Shown: piece by piece, positions 61,201 to 64,000 of the stretch
Numbering within the stretch: the first letter of the stretch is position 1
How the letters are laid out: every line of letters begins with the position of its first letter
Program-made: the position numbers and the translations under genes
Assembly (NCBI RefSeq): GCF_025985425.1
Contig: NZ_CP094972.1
Span: 2,963,540 to 3,027,539, forward strand
DNA from: Entomomonas sp. E2T0
Lineage (GTDB): Bacteria > Pseudomonadota > Gammaproteobacteria > Pseudomonadales > Pseudomonadaceae
DNA length: 64,000 nucleotides
Reading direction: 5' to 3'
The notes under the pieces: model-generated
Databases searched by the model: none
What the model saw: the letters and a program-made list of their open reading frames with translations, nothing else
What the model was told of the DNA's origin: nothing

Positions 61201-62602
61201 TACAGGAATTAAAATCGATGAAGTTAATAGTTTAGGAGCAGCTCGTATTAGAATACGCTCTCTTAAAGCAGCTTTACAAGAACGTGAAAAAAATCAAGCG
61301 ATAACCCAAGCTGTACGTATTTATGAAAAACCAAAATATAAACGTTCTAGCTTTACTGAAAAAATGCGAGAAGACTATACTATCCTTGCACCACAAATGT
61401 CCCCTATGCATTTTCAATTCTTTACTCCAGCTTTTGAAGCATGTGGTTATAATTTTAAGGTATTGGAAGAAGTACCTACTAATGCTATTGATGAAGGATT
61501 ACGTTTTGTAAATAATGACGCTTGTTATCCCTCTATTATCGTTATAGGACAATTAATTAATGCCCTCAAATCAGGCAAATATGACATTAACAAAACAGCT
61601 GTAATGATCTCCCAAACAGGTGGAGGATGTCGAGCTACCAACTATATCAGCTATTTACGTAAAGCATTATATGATGCAGGTTTCGCAGATGTACCTATAC
61701 TTTCATTTAATACTTTAGGTATGGAAAAACATCAAGGATTTAAACTATCACTCCCCCTTATTAATCGGTTAATGATGTCTGTTGTTTATGGTGATGTGTT
61801 AATGCAAACGTTATTCGCTACACGTCCCTATGAATTAACAAAAGGTTCAGCTGAAGCATTGTATTTTAAGTGGGTAAATTGTTGCAAAGAATCACTTAAC
61901 AAAGCTGATTTTAAAACTTTTAAACAAAACATCTATGATATTGTTAAGGAGTTTGATCAGTTACCTTTATTAGATATCAAAAAACCACGTGTCGGCCTAG
62001 TTGGAGAAATTCTTGTTAAATATCATCCAACAGCTAATAATGATCTAGTAAGAATTATTGAACAAGAAGGCTGTGAAGCTGTTATGCCTGGCCTTATGGA
62101 CTTTTTACTGTACTGTGCCTATGATTATGACTTTAACCATAAATTCTTATCTAAAAGTAAACTAGCGGCTTTAGCCGCTCAAGCCGCTATTATAGGTATG
62201 GAATACTATCGTAAAGATATGCGTAAAGCCTTACAAAATAGTAAACGTTTCCATGCACCTCATACCATTGATGAACTAGCTTTTGGTGCAGCACCTATTC
62301 TCTCTCGTGGTAATCAAACGGGTGAAGGCTGGTTCTTAACAGCTGAAATGATTGGCCTAATTAATGAGGGCGCAAGCAATATTATTTGTATGCAACCTTT
62401 TGCCTGCTTACCTAATCATATTACAGGAAAAGGTGTTATCAAAGCACTCAAAGAGCGTTATCCGCAGGCTAATATTACAGCTGTAGACTATGACCCTGGA
62501 GCCTCTGAAGTAAACCAACTAAATCGCATTAAATTGATGCTTTCTGTTGCCTTTAAAAATATGGAAAATCAACAGCAACTCTTTCAAGCAACTGTAATAT
62601 AA
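58289..62602 (+). CDS. fused BadF/BadG/BcrA/BcrD-type double activase + 2-hydroxyacyl-CoA-dehydratase-like protein (YjiL/YjiM-type fusion)
   Basis: Two tandem acetate/sugar-kinase-fold ATPase modules with the activase N-terminal motif (GIDIGSTTVKVLV at residues ~20-32 and GLDCGSTTTKATL at ~338-350). Each has the expected distal Cys: …ARCGVFAKTDV and …SRCTVFMNSSV. Next comes a Cys cluster, CKVCTNNCSMTLN…GNRCERG (nt 60144-60238), then a C-terminal region with conserved cysteines (CYPAKLVHGH, FGCGLDSV, CMQPFACLPNH) typical of dehydratase HgdA/B-like components. Confidence 0.7.
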   Translation: MTMNSKLNISKLPLATLYIGIDIGSTTVKVLVMDEQHKILYKTYTRHFSEVRDTVIRCINELAETNLFNLASPATLVVTGSGGIDVAEIIGYPFVQEVIACAKAVETFIPETDVSIELGGEDAKITFFSNGIEQRMNGSCAGGTGAFIDQMASLLKTDAIGLNELAENATNIYPIAARCGVFAKTDVQPLLNEGVAKKDIALSIFQAVAQQTISGLACGRKIKGQVVFLGGPLNFLPELKKRFIEVLQLTEQDIVKPKDSELFVAMGAALHGDSSKATPLKQIFNSFQNLSNQQQREINTLRPLFLNQQERQAFEQRHNNSNVVRGDLQTYQGPLFLGLDCGSTTTKATLIGENCELLYSYYGSNEGDPLKIVSNILQEIYAQLPATASIAASSVTGYGEALIREAYKLDTSEVETIAHYKAANHFLPGVDCILDIGGQDMKCLRVKDGIIDNILLNEACSSGCGSFIETFAQAVETPINEFAKIALDSAAPADLGSRCTVFMNSSVKQAQKEGATAADISAGLSYAVIKNALIKVMKVKNPQDLGEKIIVQGGTFYNDSVLRAFELISGREPIRPDIAGLMGAFGSAIIAKERWQGIENSTMLNQRSIANFSVKHNMVRCKVCTNNCSMTLNRFSDGRKFITGNRCERGLGKKQAANAIPDLYTYKYERIFNYIPLEKEQAKYGTIGIPRVLNMYENYPLWFTFLTELGFRVELSAESSKPLMEKGLDTLPSDSICYPAKLVHGHIIDLIEKDIKTIFYPCVPFENKEYADSHNHFNCPIVTSYPELIRNNIDLLKEQNINFMQPFLSLEDKKKLAKRLVDIFTPFNINSSIIRKALDKAWHEQEQFKQDIQEKGLEVLEYMEETGTHGIVLSGRPYHIDPEIHHGIPQVITTLGMAVLTEDSIAFLGKLNEPLRVVDQWTYHARLYRAAATVANKKNLDLIQLNSFGCGLDSVVTDQVQEILEQHGKIYTGIKIDEVNSLGAARIRIRSLKAALQEREKNQAITQAVRIYEKPKYKRSSFTEKMREDYTILAPQMSPMHFQFFTPAFEACGYNFKVLEEVPTNAIDEGLRFVNNDACYPSIIVIGQLINALKSGKYDINKTAVMISQTGGGCRATNYISYLRKALYDAGFADVPILSFNTLGMEKHQGFKLSLPLINRLMMSVVYGDVLMQTLFATRPYELTKGSAEALYFKWVNCCKESLNKADFKTFKQNIYDIVKEFDQLPLLDIKKPRVGLVGEILVKYHPTANNDLVRIIEQEGCEAVMPGLMDFLLYCAYDYDFNHKFLSKSKLAALAAQAAIIGMEYYRKDMRKALQNSKRFHAPHTIDELAFGAAPILSRGNQTGEGWFLTAEMIGLINEGASNIICMQPFACLPNHITGKGVIKALKERYPQANITAVDYDPGASEVNQLNRIKLMLSVAFKNMENQQQLFQATVI

Positions 62603-62620
62603 ATGGATAAAATAATACAT

Positions 62621-62665
62621 AAGACTAATACAGCTTCATCAATTAAGTATTAGTCTTATTTTTTG
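62621..62665 (+). terminator. rho-independent terminator after the 1437-aa gene
   Basis: AAGACTAATA…TATTAGTCTT 10-bp stem followed by ATTTTTTGTATTT. Confidence 0.55.
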
Positions 62666-62819
62666 TATTTACTCGCAAAAAAATTATTAACGCATAGTAT
62701 TTTTTAATGTATAGTTAAACCAGATGCATTAAAGGAGCTGTTTAACCATTCTGCATCGAATGAATTATATAGTCGTTTTATAAAAAAATTAATTTCAAAA
62801 ATAATAAAAGATAATATCT

Positions 62820-64000
62820 ATGAAACTATATGTAACGTTCTGGAATATACGTATCTTGCATTTATTAATAAGTGTAGTTGTGACTATTTTGCCTATTATT
62901 TTTATTATAATTTTGTTGTATTTTCATACAGTCTCTAAATTACAAAATAAAGCTATCACCTCTTCAAAACAATCGATAAAAACCATCAATAACTTACTAA
63001 CAGAAATAGATCATTCTGCTACAAAATTACTTAATATATCTAATCCAGCCTGTGAAATTATTGAACCTGCCTTAATAAAATACACAGTTACCCATACTTA
63101 TATTCGAACACTTAACCTGACTAAAGATAGTATAATTTATTGTTCATCTTTTGCTGATGCTAATTACAGATCTACATTTTTAGCTAAAGGCGAATTAATG
63201 CACCTCTTTAGTAATAACGATATAACTCCTGATAGATCTTTTGTGTATTATCATAAAACTAAAGGGGCATGGGGAGTATTAATAGCAATTGATGGCAGTT
63301 ACTTAGCTTATCTATTAAATAATGAAAAGAACTCATTTTTAGTTATAAATGAAAACTGGCTAGATATTAAAGGCCTGGCTCAATCTTCTCGTTCTTTTAA
63401 AGGAAATCCAGATCAAATAGAAGTTAGTTCTAATCAATATCCTTTTAAAATTATTACGGTTTTATCTTTAACTACCTATTTAGAATATATGCTTGAACAT
63501 TATTTGCTATTTCTACTGATATTGTCACTTGTCATGATTCCTATTGGAATAAAAGTTTATATCCAATTACCCATTCATGATATTGTAAAAGCAATGCGCC
63601 ACAAGCAGTTTATTCCTTACTATCAATTAATAAAAATTTCTAACAGTGACCAATGGTCTGGTGTTGAAGTGTTAATTCGTTGGCAACATCCCAAAAAAGG
63701 GTTAATCATGCCTAATGAATTTATTTCTGCCATAGAAAGGTCAAAACATATTATCCCATTTACACTCAACCTCATGGAACATGTAAAAAATGACTTTATT
63801 AAAAATCTAGAGATTATTCCTAAAGGCTTCCATATTAGTATAAATATCAGCCCTAAACACTTGCAAACTACTAAATTAGCCTTAGACTGTGAAAAATTTT
63901 TACAACACTTTCCAAAAGAACATATACAACTCACTTTAGAAATTACAGAGCGTGAAATAGCGCAACCCACAGAAACAGCAAAAAAACTTTTTAATCTATT
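62820..64000 (+). CDS. CSS-motif + EAL domain cyclic-di-GMP phosphodiesterase (PdeC/YjcC-like), 3' end beyond the window
   Basis: An ORF open to the window end that is not in the supplied track. N-terminal TM MKLYVTFWNIRILHLLISVVVTILPIIFIIILLYF. Periplasmic CSS-motif domain with …IIYCSSFADANY. Second TM, then the start of an EAL domain (…QLIKISNSDQWSGVEVLIRWQHPKKGLIMPNEFISAIERS…), matching the EALLRW…P.EFI..AE pattern of E. coli PdeC. Confidence 0.7.
   Translation, partial: MKLYVTFWNIRILHLLISVVVTILPIIFIIILLYFHTVSKLQNKAITSSKQSIKTINNLLTEIDHSATKLLNISNPACEIIEPALIKYTVTHTYIRTLNLTKDSIIYCSSFADANYRSTFLAKGELMHLFSNNDITPDRSFVYYHKTKGAWGVLIAIDGSYLAYLLNNEKNSFLVINENWLDIKGLAQSSRSFKGNPDQIEVSSNQYPFKIITVLSLTTYLEYMLEHYLLFLLILSLVMIPIGIKVYIQLPIHDIVKAMRHKQFIPYYQLIKISNSDQWSGVEVLIRWQHPKKGLIMPNEFISAIERSKHIIPFTLNLMEHVKNDFIKNLEIIPKGFHISINISPKHLQTTKLALDCEKFLQHFPKEHIQLTLEITEREIAQPTETAKKLFNL

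Noticed and set aside
1-64000. CRISPR arrays, rRNA, intact IS elements or prophage genes
   Set aside because: I saw no regularly spaced direct repeats, no transposase or integrase ORFs and no phage structural genes. Apart from the tRNA-linked islet and the short intergenic repeats, the window looks like stable chromosomal backbone.

Overview
This 64-kb window looks like chromosomal DNA from an AT-rich (roughly 35-40% GC by eye) gammaproteobacterium. That guess rests on gene content: tamA-tamB, secG followed by tRNA-Leu, metR, ubiG, a RoxS/RoxR-type RegB/RegA pair and a hmu-type heme uptake locus. The window is densely coding, with about 57 protein genes and one tRNA, and has no CRISPR, no rRNA and no intact transposase or integrase. 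Working from one end to the other, it contains: a divergent TetR regulator and MFS efflux pump with two tandem mdaB quinone reductase paralogs; suhB; a hmuSTUV plus TonB-dependent receptor heme locus with a candidate Fur box; queD; tamAB; glpK-ybaK-regA-regB on the minus strand; poxB; a redox/electrophile-stress cluster (two LysR regulators, Zn-ADH, AhpD-like protein, tandem cupins, OsmC); an autotransporter islet bounded by a degenerate direct repeat of the tRNA-Leu 3' end; and housekeeping genes (secG, tpiA, fpr, gldA, galE, metR, gph, ubiG, aldehyde dehydrogenase). The last two genes are a 1437-aa fused double-activase plus dehydratase-like protein and a partial CSS-EAL cyclic-di-GMP phosphodiesterase. 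The most unusual feature is a seven-gene, 11.5-kb minus-strand operon (36264 down to 24773). It encodes a DUF2170 (YjfI-like) protein, a PspA/IM30 protein, a YqiJ/NfeD-like membrane protein, a short SPFH protein, a long flotillin with a repetitive Glu/Ala/Lys-rich tail, a 1819-aa protein carrying a single MoxR/dynein-style AAA+ core plus C-terminal tandem PEPAPW repeats, and a translationally coupled rhomboid protease. I cannot assign this combination to any described system. I propose it as a candidate membrane-remodelling, membrane-stress or defence module that needs homology, structure and neighbourhood-conservation checks.
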